DNA from: Candidatus Fermentibacteraceae bacterium
Lineage (GTDB): Bacteria > Fermentibacterota > Fermentibacteria > Fermentibacterales > JCC-6
Direction: 5' to 3'
NCBI GenBank assembly: GCA_041686025.1
Contig: JAWLEP010000034.1
Span: 1-27,889 of the forward strand
Length of the DNA: 27,889 nucleotides
Below, piece by piece: positions 1-9,261 of the stretch (positions within the stretch are counted from its first letter, which is position 1; every line of letters begins with the position of its first letter). Under the pieces are notes generated by a model that worked only from the letters and a program-made list of their open reading frames with translations, ran no database searches and was not told where the DNA came from. A program made the position numbers and the translations under genes.

Positions 1-1
1 A

Positions 2-76
2 TGGCGACCCCAACGGGACTCGAACCCGTGTTGCCGGCGTGAAAGGCCGGTGTCCTAACCACTGGACGATGGGGTC
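2..76 (-). tRNA. tRNA-Glu (anticodon TTC)
   Basis: Reverse complement GACCCCA...TGGGGTC-G-CCA cloverleaf; anticodon arm CCGGC-CT-TTC-AC-GCCGG; T-loop GGTTCGAGTCC; CCA is encoded. Confidence 0.97.
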
Positions 77-91
77 GCCGGAGCAGGCCGT

Positions 92-120
92 ACAATTGCG
101 GCGATGGCCGTATTCGTCAA
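92..120 (-). promoter_or_regulatory. Possible sigma70 promoter in the tRNA-Lys/tRNA-Glu spacer
   Basis: Minus strand TTGACG-N17-AATTGT just upstream of tRNA-Glu; the -10 is imperfect. Confidence 0.35.
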
Positions 121-126
121 TGGAGA

Positions 127-202
127 TGGTGAGCCGCGGGGGGATCGAACCCCCGACCCTCGGATTAAAAGTCCGATGCTCTGCCAACTGAGCTAGCGGC
201 TC
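127..202 (-). tRNA. tRNA-Lys (anticodon TTT)
   Basis: Reverse complement GAGCCGC...GCGGCTC-A-CCA; D-arm AGCTCAGTTGGCAGAGC; anticodon arm TCGGA-CT-TTT-AA-TCCGA; T-loop GGTTCGATCC. Confidence 0.97.
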
Positions 203-227
203 ACGGTGTGGACTCTCCGTCTGCGCT

Positions 228-256
228 ACAATAAGGCTGCATGTTTGCCTGTGCAA
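228..256 (-). promoter_or_regulatory. Sigma70-type promoter for the tRNA-Lys/Glu genes
   Basis: Minus strand TTGCAC-N17-TATTGT about 25 nt upstream of tRNA-Lys. Confidence 0.6.
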
Positions 257-278
257 AATCCGGCTCTCTCGGAAATTG

Positions 279-307
279 TTGGAACCGGCCCGATGGGTTA
301 TTAGTTT
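279..307 (+). promoter_or_regulatory. Putative sigma70 promoter for the RND-birA-phoH operon, divergent from the tRNA promoter
   Basis: TTGGAA(279-284)-N17-TAGTTT(302-307) in an AT-richer intergenic patch. Confidence 0.45.
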
Positions 308-363
308 AGCCAGTCTACGGGGCCATGCTTTTCGGCGTCCAACTACGCAGACGGGAGCCGCGC

Positions 364-3300
364 TTGAAGCTGCCAGCTCTTTCTGTCCGCAGGCGAGTCA
401 CCTTCATAATGGTCTTCATCGGCATCCTGGGCGTGGGTCTGTTCGGTCTGACCCAGCTGGGGGTGGATCTCTTCCCCAAGCTGGTCCTTCCCCAGATGAT
501 GGTCTTCAGCCAGCTGCAGGGGGCAGGGCCAGAGGAGGTGGAGCGGCTGGTCACCGACTACCTCGAGCAGGCCGCCGCCTCCACCAAGAACGTCAACACG
601 ATCAGCTCCCGGTCCTCGCCCGGCATTAGCGTGGTCACCGCCGAGTTCAACTGGGGCACGGACATGAACCAGGCGGAGACCGACCTGCGCCGGGTGCTGG
701 ACCGCTACGAGAATTTCATACCCGACGAGGCCACCGAGCCCAGCGTGCTGCTGATGGACGCCAGCCTGCAGCCGGTGATGTTCGTGACTTTCTCCAGCGA
801 TGTCCTCAGCTCATTCGAGCTTCGGGACACCGTGGAAGACGAGATAGTCCCCCTGATGAACAGGGTGGAGGGCGTGGGCTCGGTGACCCTGGGGGGAGGT
901 CTGCGCCGCCAGATCCGGGTGGAGGCGGACCCGGTGAAGCTCAGCCAGTACGGGGTCTCCCTTTCCCAGATGGTGGGGGCCATAGGATCGGTGCGGGAGG
1001 ACGTTCCAGCCGGGGAGATGGAGGTGGGCGGCCTCAATGCCAGCGTCAAGATCGGCACCGCCTACAACAACCTGGATGACATCCGTCAGCTGGTGGTTGC
1101 CCGCCACGAGGGGATGCCGGTTCTGGTGGAGCACCTCGGCGAGGTGATCGACGGCCTCGAGGAGAAGCGCAACTACACCAGGCTCAACGGCCAGGAGGGC
1201 ATAATAGCCGTTGTCTCCCGGCGCTCCGACGCCAACACCGTAAACGTGTGCGAGGCCCTGGTGGAGCAGCTCGGCGAGATCAACCGGGACTACTCGGGAG
1301 TACTCTCCTCCAGCATCATCTTCAACCAGGCGGACTTCATCAACAAGTCCATCGGCAACCTGTACTCCACCGGCCTGCAGGCCATCCTGGTGGCTTTTCT
1401 GGTATTGCTGTTCTTCATCAGATCGCCGAAGAGCTCGCTGGTGGTGGCCATCTCCATGCCCATGTCCATCATCGCCACCTTCTCGGTGATGTACTTCGTG
1501 GACGTGAACATCAACATCATCTCGCTGGCGGGCCTGGCCCTGGCCGTAGGGCTGCTGGTGGACAACTCCATAGTGGTCCTGGAGAACATCGTCCGCCACC
1601 GCGAGGAGGGGGAGGACAGGGCGGAGGCCGCCGTGACCGGTGCCTCGGAGGTGGGCATGGCCATCACGGCCTCCACCCTCACCACTCTGGCGGTGTTCGT
1701 GCCCATACTGTTCGTGCCGGGGCTGGCGGGCCAGATATTCCGGGACATGTCCCTGACCATCAGCTTCAGCCTTGTGGTCTCGCTGTTCGTAGCGCTGTCG
1801 CTGATCCCCCTGATCACCTCCAGGATGAAGGGCATCACCGCCAGACGGTCGAAGGGCAGGCTCAGCCGGCTGATAGGCGGGTGGCTGGAGTCGCTGGAGG
1901 AGCGCTACTACGGTTGGGTGAACTGGGCCGTGCGCCACAAGAAGATAGTGATCTTCAGCACCCTCGGGCTGCTGGTGCTGTCCATACTCGTCATCACCCG
2001 GGTGCCAACGGAGTTCTTCCCCGACTCCGACGACGGCTTCATCAGCCTGGACCTCTACCGCTCCCCCGGTACCGAGCTGGCCGAGACCGACTCCACCATC
2101 CGGGTGGTGGAGGAGGGGGTGAGGGAGATCGTCAGGCCCGAGCACCTGGAGGACATCTACGCCAACGTGGGGGCCGGAGAGGGCTTCGGGGCCCTGTTCG
2201 GGGCCAGCGGCTCCAACGAGGCCGGGATGTTCGTGAAGCTGGTGGACCGGGACAGGCGCAACATCTCGATGAGCCAGTACGAGGACAGCATCAGGGTCTT
2301 CCTGGACCACATACCGGACCTGGAGTACGAGTTCTCCGAGGGCGGGCCCATGGGCGGCGGAGCCCCCATAGAGATCGTGATATACGACGAGAGCCTCGAG
2401 GAGCTGCGCCGGGTTACCGAGAGGATCGCCGCCAACGTGCGGGAGATACCCGGTACCCGGGACGTCCAGACCTCCATGGACGTGCAGAGGCCGGAGCTCA
2501 CCTTCGAGCCCGACCCCTATGTGCTGGCCCTGCGGGGCGCTTCCCGGGGTGCAATGGCCAGCGCCGGCGACGCTTTCGCCGGGGTGCAGGCCGGCTTCTT
2601 CCGTGAGGGGGGCAAGGAGATAGACGTGGTGGTGCGGTATCCGGAGCGGTACCGGTCCGCCTTCGAAGACATACTGGCCGCCCCGTTCATGGGCGCCCAG
2701 CTGGGCTCCTGGGGCCGGCTGGTCAGCGGGCTGGTCCCCGAGACCATCAACAGGAGGGACCAGGCCAGAATGGCCACCGTCACCTGCGCCGCCTCCGGCA
2801 GGTCGCTGGGAGACATCAGCGCCGACGTGAGGGCCATGATGGACACCACCGACCTGGGGGGCAGGCGCTGGGAGATAGGGGGCCAGGCGGAAGATCAGCA
2901 GGAGACCTTCGGGTACCTGGGCCTGGCCATACTGGCTGCAGCGGCGCTGGTGTACATGGTGATGGCCAGCCAGTTCGAGAGCTACCTGGAGCCCTTCATC
3001 ATCATCTTCACCGTGCCCATGGCCTTCATCGGTGTGGCCTGGACCCTCTTTCTGACGGGCACGAACCTCTCCGTCACCGCCCTGATCGGTCTGCTCATGC
3101 TGGCGGGCATAGTGGTCAACAACGGCATCGTTCTGGTGGACTTCGCAAACCGCCAGCGGCGCGACAAGGGCATGGAGGTGCTGGAGGCGGTCACCACCGC
3201 CGGCCGGATCAGAATGCGCCCCATCCTGATGACGGCATTCACCACCATTCTGGCCATGCTGCCCCTGGCCCTGGGAGCCGGGGAGAGCGGGGAGACCTGG

Positions 3301-3444
3301 GCCCCCATGGCCAGAAGCGTCATGGGCGGGCTGCTGGTGGCCACCGCCCTTACGCTGATCGTGATCCCCTGCCTCTACGCCGCCCTGGGCTGCTACAAGC
3401 AGTTCGGATCCGCCGCGGCATGCGGGGTCGAGGATAGCGATTAG
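364..3444 (+). CDS. RND efflux transporter permease subunit (AcrB/AcrD/AcrF family, SwrC/MdtC-like)
   Basis: About 1026 aa with a 12-TM-type pattern. Motifs GAGPEEVERLVT, GLLVDNSIVVLENI, GIVVNNGIVLVD and RMRPILMT. Start taken as TTG364 (MKLPALSVRRRVT, GGAG at 354-357); ATG325 is the in-frame alternative. Confidence 0.95.
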   Translation: MKLPALSVRRRVTFIMVFIGILGVGLFGLTQLGVDLFPKLVLPQMMVFSQLQGAGPEEVERLVTDYLEQAAASTKNVNTISSRSSPGISVVTAEFNWGTDMNQAETDLRRVLDRYENFIPDEATEPSVLLMDASLQPVMFVTFSSDVLSSFELRDTVEDEIVPLMNRVEGVGSVTLGGGLRRQIRVEADPVKLSQYGVSLSQMVGAIGSVREDVPAGEMEVGGLNASVKIGTAYNNLDDIRQLVVARHEGMPVLVEHLGEVIDGLEEKRNYTRLNGQEGIIAVVSRRSDANTVNVCEALVEQLGEINRDYSGVLSSSIIFNQADFINKSIGNLYSTGLQAILVAFLVLLFFIRSPKSSLVVAISMPMSIIATFSVMYFVDVNINIISLAGLALAVGLLVDNSIVVLENIVRHREEGEDRAEAAVTGASEVGMAITASTLTTLAVFVPILFVPGLAGQIFRDMSLTISFSLVVSLFVALSLIPLITSRMKGITARRSKGRLSRLIGGWLESLEERYYGWVNWAVRHKKIVIFSTLGLLVLSILVITRVPTEFFPDSDDGFISLDLYRSPGTELAETDSTIRVVEEGVREIVRPEHLEDIYANVGAGEGFGALFGASGSNEAGMFVKLVDRDRRNISMSQYEDSIRVFLDHIPDLEYEFSEGGPMGGGAPIEIVIYDESLEELRRVTERIAANVREIPGTRDVQTSMDVQRPELTFEPDPYVLALRGASRGAMASAGDAFAGVQAGFFREGGKEIDVVVRYPERYRSAFEDILAAPFMGAQLGSWGRLVSGLVPETINRRDQARMATVTCAASGRSLGDISADVRAMMDTTDLGGRRWEIGGQAEDQQETFGYLGLAILAAAALVYMVMASQFESYLEPFIIIFTVPMAFIGVAWTLFLTGTNLSVTALIGLLMLAGIVVNNGIVLVDFANRQRRDKGMEVLEAVTTAGRIRMRPILMTAFTTILAMLPLALGAGESGETWAPMARSVMGGLLVATALTLIVIPCLYAALGCYKQFGSAAACGVEDSD

Positions 3445-3451
3445 TCCCCCG

Positions 3452-4210
3452 GTGGACTACTGGCAGACCATCCGCCTGGACGAGGTCGACTCCACCAGCA
3501 GCTTCCTGAAGCGAAACGCCGCGGAGCTTCCCAACCGCCTCGTCGTCCGGGCCGACACCCAGACCGGAGGCCGGGGCAGGCTGGGCAGGGAATGGTCCTC
3601 GCCCCGGGGCGGGCTGTACATGAGCCTCCTGCTGCGGCCGGCGCCGGAGCCCGAGGTGGCGGCCCTCATCCCCCTGGTGGGGGCATACGTGATATGCGGG
3701 CTGTTCACCGATAGGACCGGTGTACCGGCTCTGGTGAAATGGCCCAACGACGTCATGGTCCCCGGCGGCAAGATGGCGGGGATACTGGCGGAGTACGGAG
3801 GCCGGAAGGAGCCCTGGCTGGTGGTGGGATTCGGCCTGAACCTGGCAGCCCGGCCTCAGGTCCACCGGCCCGGCGGAATGCCGGCGGCGGCCTGGTCGGA
3901 CTACGGAGAGCCCCCGGACCCCGGGGAAGCGCAGGAGCTTGTTCTGGAAGGCCTGGACCGCCTCTGGCCCGACGGCCGGGGCAATCCCCTGCCCGCCATC
4001 CGCTCCCGCGTGGAGGGACTGCTGTGGATGAGGGGCCGGGAGGTGAGGGCCTCCGCCGCCGGCGGGACTCTGAGGGGAGTCGTTGAGGGTCTGGACGATC
4101 TTGGCCATCTTAGGCTGTACGGACCGGACGGGGCGGCCGTTCTCGACAGCGGCGAGATACGCCCGGAGCCACTGGAGAGCCCAACCACGATACCGGGAGG
4201 CGCGACCTGA
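3452..4210 (+). CDS. birA: Biotin--[acetyl-CoA-carboxylase] ligase, monofunctional (no N-terminal HTH)
   Basis: Motifs VDSTS, QTGGRGRLGREW, GGLYMS, KWPNDV, KMAGIL and GFGLN; C-terminal SH3-like GLDDLGHL...SGE; GTG start. Confidence 0.92.
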   Translation: MDYWQTIRLDEVDSTSSFLKRNAAELPNRLVVRADTQTGGRGRLGREWSSPRGGLYMSLLLRPAPEPEVAALIPLVGAYVICGLFTDRTGVPALVKWPNDVMVPGGKMAGILAEYGGRKEPWLVVGFGLNLAARPQVHRPGGMPAAAWSDYGEPPDPGEAQELVLEGLDRLWPDGRGNPLPAIRSRVEGLLWMRGREVRASAAGGTLRGVVEGLDDLGHLRLYGPDGAAVLDSGEIRPEPLESPTTIPGGAT

Positions 4211-5550
4211 TGGATGATTCCGATACGGAGCGCAGCATCTTCGTTCTGGACACCAACGTCCTTCTCTACGACCACAACTGCGTCGACCACTTCGAGGAGC
4301 ACGACGTGGTGATACCCATCACCGTGCTGGAGGAGCTGGACGACTTCAAGAAGGGCAGCGACCTCATCAACTTCCAGGCCAGGGAGTTCATACGCAAGCT
4401 GGACAGGCTGGCCGGTGACCGGCTGCTCTCCGAGGGCATACCCCTGGGTGAGGAGCGGGGCCGGCTGTTCGTGCGGATAGGCACCCGGGACCCGGGCCTG
4501 CTGGGCCAGGTGTTCATGCAGAACAAGGCCGACCACAGGATACTGGCAGTGGCCACCGAGCTCTCCGACGAGAACCCCGACCGGCGGGTGCTGCTGATCA
4601 CCAAGGACATCAACCTGCGAATGAAGGCCCGCTCCATAGGGATAGAGGCCGAGGACTACGAGACCGGCAAGGTGCGGGACATAGACTCCCTCTACACCGG
4701 CAGCGCGGTGATGGACGGCGTGGACACCGACCTCATATCGCGCTTCTACAAGCAGCCCTTCGCCATTCCCGTGGAGGACTCCCCCATAGGCCACGACAGC
4801 CTGGAGGCGAACAAGTACTTCATCCTGCGCAACGGGAGCAACAGCGCCCTGGCCTACTTCAATCCCGAGGAGGGAGCGCTGGAGAGGGTGATGAAGGTCC
4901 GGGCGTACGGAATCAGCCCGCGCAACGCCGAGCAGACCTTCGCCCTGCACGCCCTGCTGGACGGGGACATCCAGCTGGTGACGCTCACGGGCAAGGCCGG
5001 TACCGGCAAGACCCTCCTGGCCCTGGCGGCGGCGCTGGCCCAGCGCAAGGACTACCGGCAGATCTACCTGGCCCGGCCGGTGGTCCCCCTGGGCAACCGT
5101 GACCTGGGCTACCTGCCCGGCGACGTCCAGTCCAAGCTGGACCCCTACATGCAGCCTCTCTACGACAATCTGGGCGTGATACAGAACCGGTTCCCCCAGC
5201 AGAGCGCCGAGCACATCCGGATCTCGGAGATGCTGGAGACCGAGAAGCTCTTCATCGCGCCCCTGGCCTACATAAGGGGCCGCAGCCTGGACAGGATATT
5301 CTTCATAGTCGACGAGGCGCAGAACCTGACCCCGCACGAGGTGAAGACCATCATCACCAGGGCGGGAGAGGGGACGAAGATCGTGTTCACCGGGGACATC
5401 TACCAGATAGACACCCCCTACCTGGACAGCAAGTCCAACGGACTCACCTACCTGGTGGACAAGATGAAGGGCCAGGAGCTCTACGCCCACGTCAATCTCC
5501 TGAAGGGGGAGAGGAGCACGCTGGCCGAGCTGGCCAGCAACATCCTTTGA
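4210..5550 (+). CDS. PhoH-family ATPase with N-terminal PIN domain (PhoH2/YlaK-like)
   Basis: PIN motifs VLDTNVLL, VLEELD, ADHRIL and ITKDINLR; Walker A GKAGTGKT; LGYLPG, YIRGRS, IVDEAQN and TGDIYQID. TGATG coupling to birA. Confidence 0.93.
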   Translation: MDDSDTERSIFVLDTNVLLYDHNCVDHFEEHDVVIPITVLEELDDFKKGSDLINFQAREFIRKLDRLAGDRLLSEGIPLGEERGRLFVRIGTRDPGLLGQVFMQNKADHRILAVATELSDENPDRRVLLITKDINLRMKARSIGIEAEDYETGKVRDIDSLYTGSAVMDGVDTDLISRFYKQPFAIPVEDSPIGHDSLEANKYFILRNGSNSALAYFNPEEGALERVMKVRAYGISPRNAEQTFALHALLDGDIQLVTLTGKAGTGKTLLALAAALAQRKDYRQIYLARPVVPLGNRDLGYLPGDVQSKLDPYMQPLYDNLGVIQNRFPQQSAEHIRISEMLETEKLFIAPLAYIRGRSLDRIFFIVDEAQNLTPHEVKTIITRAGEGTKIVFTGDIYQIDTPYLDSKSNGLTYLVDKMKGQELYAHVNLLKGERSTLAELASNIL

Positions 5551-7043
5551 GCGCAGCAGAGAAGCTCCGGACGAGGCTGCTGCTGGCGGGTGGCGCAGTG
5601 GGCCTGGTCCTGGCCCTGGTCCCTCTGGCCTCCGGTCGGAGCCGCAGCGCCGCGGTGGGCCCCTACTCCCTGGCCAGGCTGGTGATCATGCTGGCGGTGG
5701 CCCTTGCCGCGGCCGCTTCGCTGCTGGGGGCCGTCATGCCGGGCCTCTCCCCCGTGCGCTCAGCGGCTAGGCTGCTGCGCCGCACCGCCCGCCGGGTCCC
5801 GGTCCCGGAGCTGGCCCTGCCGCTCTCCGTACTTCTGGTCTTCTCTCTGTGGCTGCTGCATCCGCTGCCGGTATTCGACGATCCCCGTTTTACCCTCGGG
5901 CTGATGCTGGCAGGCGTCTGCCTTCCCTCGGCATGGATATCGGCCATGGAGAAACCGCGGCGGCGGCTGGCCGCCGGAAGGGCGGCGGCCGCCCTGGGCG
6001 GCATCCTGATGGCCGTTCTGGCCGGGGAGGTACTGGCCAGAGCGATTATGCCCGGTCTGGTGTTCGACCCCAGGTTCAGGCTGAGGCCCCACATGAGCTA
6101 CCGGATCGAGGTGGACCTTCCCGGGGTCTCACACGGAGGGACCGTGACCACCAACCGGTGGGGGCTGCGGGGGGAGGAGCCTCCCGGCGAGTGGGAGGAA
6201 TGGACCACCATCATGGCGGTAGGAGGCAGCACTACGGTCAACTTCTATCTGGGGGACTCGCTCACCTGGCCCGCCGTGATGCAGCGGGAGCTCAGGGAGG
6301 TCGAGCCCAGGGTCTGGGTGGGCAACGGCGGGGTCCCCGCGCAGTCGGCCGAGACCCACGAGATCTTTCTGCGGGAGGTAGTGGAGCCCATCGGGCCGGA
6401 TTACGCCGTGTTCCTGGTGGGGGCCAACGACATGGACATCTTCCTCAGAGGGGGCCCGCGAGGGAGAGGGGACCGCCTGCCCGAGCTGGGCCCCAGGGTC
6501 TGGCTCTACCGTCACTCCCGGCTGTATCAGGCCCTCTACATGGCCAAGAAGGTGGCCCTGGACAACGCCGTGGTGGTCCGGGAGACGTCGGACCCGCCCT
6601 TCGAGCCCCGGCCGCTTCCGGAGGAGGCTCCCCTGCCGGAGGACCTGCACGCCCGGATGCCCAGCCCCGACATCTACCGCCACCGCATACGCCAGCTCGT
6701 AGAGACCAGCCGTGAGATAGGGGTCCGGCCGGTCTTCCTCACCCAGCCGGTCCTGTACGACGATTCGCCCAGGTGGAGGTCGCTGGCCGCCGCCACCGTC
6801 TGGACGGGGCAGGGGGAGCTGCCCATCTCCGGCGCAACCTTCTGGCGCATGCTGCAGACCCTCAACGGCGACCTCATTGACGTGTGCAGGGAGATGGACG
6901 TCCCCTGCTTCGACCTTGCCGGCCACTTCCCCCATGACCAGCGGTACTTCTACGACGCCATGCACTTCACCGAGGATGGAGCGGAGCTGGTGGGGAGGCT
7001 GGTCGCCCGGTTCCTGGAGGAGGAGGTTCTGGGGGAGCCGTAG
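5547..7043 (+). CDS. Membrane-anchored SGNH/GDSL-family hydrolase or acyltransferase
   Basis: About 5 N-terminal hydrophobic helices, then [14 protein letters not shown] (block I), NGGVP (II), LVGAND (III) and DAMHFTEDG (V). TTG start overlaps the upstream stop; exact start uncertain. Confidence 0.8.
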   Translation: MSAAEKLRTRLLLAGGAVGLVLALVPLASGRSRSAAVGPYSLARLVIMLAVALAAAASLLGAVMPGLSPVRSAARLLRRTARRVPVPELALPLSVLLVFSLWLLHPLPVFDDPRFTLGLMLAGVCLPSAWISAMEKPRRRLAAGRAAAALGGILMAVLAGEVLARAIMPGLVFDPRFRLRPHMSYRIEVDLPGVSHGGTVTTNRWGLRGEEPPGEWEEWTTIMAVGGSTTVNFYLGDSLTWPAVMQRELREVEPRVWVGNGGVPAQSAETHEIFLREVVEPIGPDYAVFLVGANDMDIFLRGGPRGRGDRLPELGPRVWLYRHSRLYQALYMAKKVALDNAVVVRETSDPPFEPRPLPEEAPLPEDLHARMPSPDIYRHRIRQLVETSREIGVRPVFLTQPVLYDDSPRWRSLAAATVWTGQGELPISGATFWRMLQTLNGDLIDVCREMDVPCFDLAGHFPHDQRYFYDAMHFTEDGAELVGRLVARFLEEEVLGEP

Positions 7044-7062
7044 CTTTTCGGGGGCCTTCGGG

Positions 7063-7091
7063 TGGACAGTACCGTATGCATCTAGGATAAT
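7063..7091 (+). promoter_or_regulatory. Putative promoter for wrbA
   Basis: TGGACA-N17-GATAAT about 40 nt upstream of ATG7132. Confidence 0.4.
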
Positions 7092-7131
7092 GCCTCTGGT
7101 GCGCCGAAGGCCCAGAGAAGCGGGGGGTTCG

Positions 7132-7752
7132 ATGAGAGTTCTCGTTATCTACTACTCCCTCTACGGACATGTTCACAGGCTGGCCGAAGCGGTGGCCGAG
7201 GGTGCCTCCGAGATCAGGGACACCGAGGCCTTCCTGCGCAGGGTTCCGGAGACCCTTCCCGGAGACGTTCTGGAGAAGATGGACGCCCTGGAGGCCCAGA
7301 GCGGCATGCAGCACATTCCCGTCTGCGGCGTCGACGAGCTGGCCTCGGCCGACGCCATCGTGTTCGGAACGCCCACCAGATTCGGCAACATGTGCGGACA
7401 GATGCGCCAGTTCCTGGACTCCACCGGCACCCTGTGGCAGCAGAGGAAGCTGGTGGGCAAGGTGGGCAGCGTGTTCACCAGCAGCGGCACCCAGCACGGC
7501 GGGCAGGAGTCCACGATACTGTCCTTCCACATCACGCTGCTGCACCACGGGATGATACTGGTGGGTCTGCCCTACGTCTTCCACGGCCAGTCCAAGATGG
7601 ATTCCATAACCGGCTGCTCGCCCTACGGGGCCTCCACGATAGCCGGCCCCGACGGCTCCCGGATGCCCAGCGAAGACGAGCTGGCGGGAGCCCGCTTCCA
7701 GGGGCAGTGGGTGGCCGAGATCGCCCGGAAGCTCAACCGGGATACGGACTGA
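7132..7752 (+). CDS. wrbA: NAD(P)H:quinone oxidoreductase, type IV (flavodoxin-like WrbA)
   Basis: [14 protein letters not shown] start; [24 protein letters not shown] and [18 protein letters not shown]; 206 aa. The track's extension to 6877 overlaps the upstream gene. Confidence 0.95.
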   Translation: MRVLVIYYSLYGHVHRLAEAVAEGASEIRDTEAFLRRVPETLPGDVLEKMDALEAQSGMQHIPVCGVDELASADAIVFGTPTRFGNMCGQMRQFLDSTGTLWQQRKLVGKVGSVFTSSGTQHGGQESTILSFHITLLHHGMILVGLPYVFHGQSKMDSITGCSPYGASTIAGPDGSRMPSEDELAGARFQGQWVAEIARKLNRDTD

Positions 7753-7754
7753 GC

Positions 7755-9260
7755 CTAGTTCCGCCTTCGGTCGGGCAGGTCCATCAGGGCGGTGTGGGTG
7801 GCCCTGAACCACCGGGGGGTCCGCTGGAGCGCGGCCGATACGACGGGTGAGCCCATCAGCTCTTCTGCTATGAACTCCCGCGCCTCCCTGCGAAGATCCC
7901 TTCCCTGCCAGAAGAATGGCCTGTACAGCTGCATCACGCCTTCCTCGCTGGAGTAGACGCCGGCCTCCACCTCCAGCTCCGCGGACATCTCGGGAGCCGA
8001 CCGCCAGGGCATGTTGAAGACCGAGAGGTTCAGGAAATCGAGGCTGTCCCCCGCCCTCTCCAGCAGCTCCCGGGAGAGGCGCCTGTCCTGCGGCTCCTCC
8101 CCGGGAAGCCCCAGAAGCATGTAGGCGTAGGTGCGTATGCCCTCGGCCTCCAGAGCCCTCAGAACCTCCAGCGAGACCGAAGGGTCGGTCCCCTTGCGGT
8201 GAAGCCCCATCAGCCCGGCGCTGCCGCTCTCCACTCCCAGCTGCAGCATGAGGCAGCCGGCCTCCGCCAGCCTGGCGGCCAGCCCCTCCTCCAGGAGGTC
8301 GGGCTCCGGCCTGGCGAAGCCGTAGAAGGAGACGGGAAGGCCGCTCAGAACCTCAGGAAGCTCGTTGAGGTAGGCCGGGGGCACCGCGGAATCCGCCAGG
8401 TGCAGCACGGGGCGGCGGGCCATGACCTCCGGAGGGACCCGCTCCAGGAAACGGCCCAGGCCCTCGATGGCGGCCCTGCGGAAGGGCTTCCACCTGTCGG
8501 GGCAGAAGAGGCAGCGTCCCCAGGCGCATCCGGTGGAGAGGGGCAGGGGTATCACCGGGCGGCTGCAGAGGTAATCGCGCTCCCCCAGGATCTCGGGCCA
8601 TGCCGGGGCCCTGGGCAGAGCGTCCTCTTCGCCCCCGGCCAGATGCGACCCGTCGGAGAGGTCCAGCTCGGGAACGGCCTCCGCCAGGTACTCGATTCCG
8701 CTGCCGGAGGAGGCAAGGCTCCTGGGCATCGACCCGCCCAGCAGGAAGTCGATTCCGGCCCTCCGCATCAGCAGGGCCAGCTCCAGGGCCGCCGGAAGCT
8801 GTGAGAGGTAGGAGACGGAGAGCAGGACCCTCTCCGCCGCCGCATCCCCTATTCGGGGCATGGCGTACTCCCGCAGGAAGCCGCTGTAGGGGGCATCGCC
8901 TTGGCCGGCGGAGGCCAGCAGCCGGGGCAGGGAGTGCAGACGCCCCGGAGGCGATACGTCCATCAGCGTCACCTTCCATCCCGGGGCGGTCTTAAGGCTG
9001 CGGAGCCTGGAGTGGAGCACTCCGGCGGCGCTGCGGTGCCGGTGGGGGTCGTAGAGACCGCTGCCGGCCTCGCCGCTGCCCAGGTACGCCAGCGGAGGCG
9101 CCGTGCGGCGGTCTTCCAGCAGGCCGAGAAGGAAGGGGGGCGAGAGGTCCAGAAAACCGGAGGGTGAGCCCATTCCGCAGAGTCCCGCCGCCAGAGCGAA
9201 CGGCCCGGCGGGGGGCTGCGCCGGCTGGGAGACGGGCGGGGATACCACCAGATAGCGCAT
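7755..9260 (-). CDS. Radical SAM protein with a probable (degenerate) N-terminal cobalamin-binding-type domain
   Basis: MRYLVVSPP start at ATG9260; SVSYLSQ and LLGGS in the N-terminal part; GCAWGRCLFC (Cx4Cx2C), LGVESGS and MLLGLPGE motifs typical of B12-binding radical SAM proteins. Confidence 0.8.
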   Translation of the reverse strand: MRYLVVSPPVSQPAQPPAGPFALAAGLCGMGSPSGFLDLSPPFLLGLLEDRRTAPPLAYLGSGEAGSGLYDPHRHRSAAGVLHSRLRSLKTAPGWKVTLMDVSPPGRLHSLPRLLASAGQGDAPYSGFLREYAMPRIGDAAAERVLLSVSYLSQLPAALELALLMRRAGIDFLLGGSMPRSLASSGSGIEYLAEAVPELDLSDGSHLAGGEEDALPRAPAWPEILGERDYLCSRPVIPLPLSTGCAWGRCLFCPDRWKPFRRAAIEGLGRFLERVPPEVMARRPVLHLADSAVPPAYLNELPEVLSGLPVSFYGFARPEPDLLEEGLAARLAEAGCLMLQLGVESGSAGLMGLHRKGTDPSVSLEVLRALEAEGIRTYAYMLLGLPGEEPQDRRLSRELLERAGDSLDFLNLSVFNMPWRSAPEMSAELEVEAGVYSSEEGVMQLYRPFFWQGRDLRREAREFIAEELMGSPVVSAALQRTPRWFRATHTALMDLPDRRRN

Positions 9261-9261
9261 G

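Noticed and set aside
1..76. tRNA-Glu 3' end at the window edge as an integration site
   Set aside because: No integrase or duplicated tRNA end was seen in the window, and the flank is not visible.
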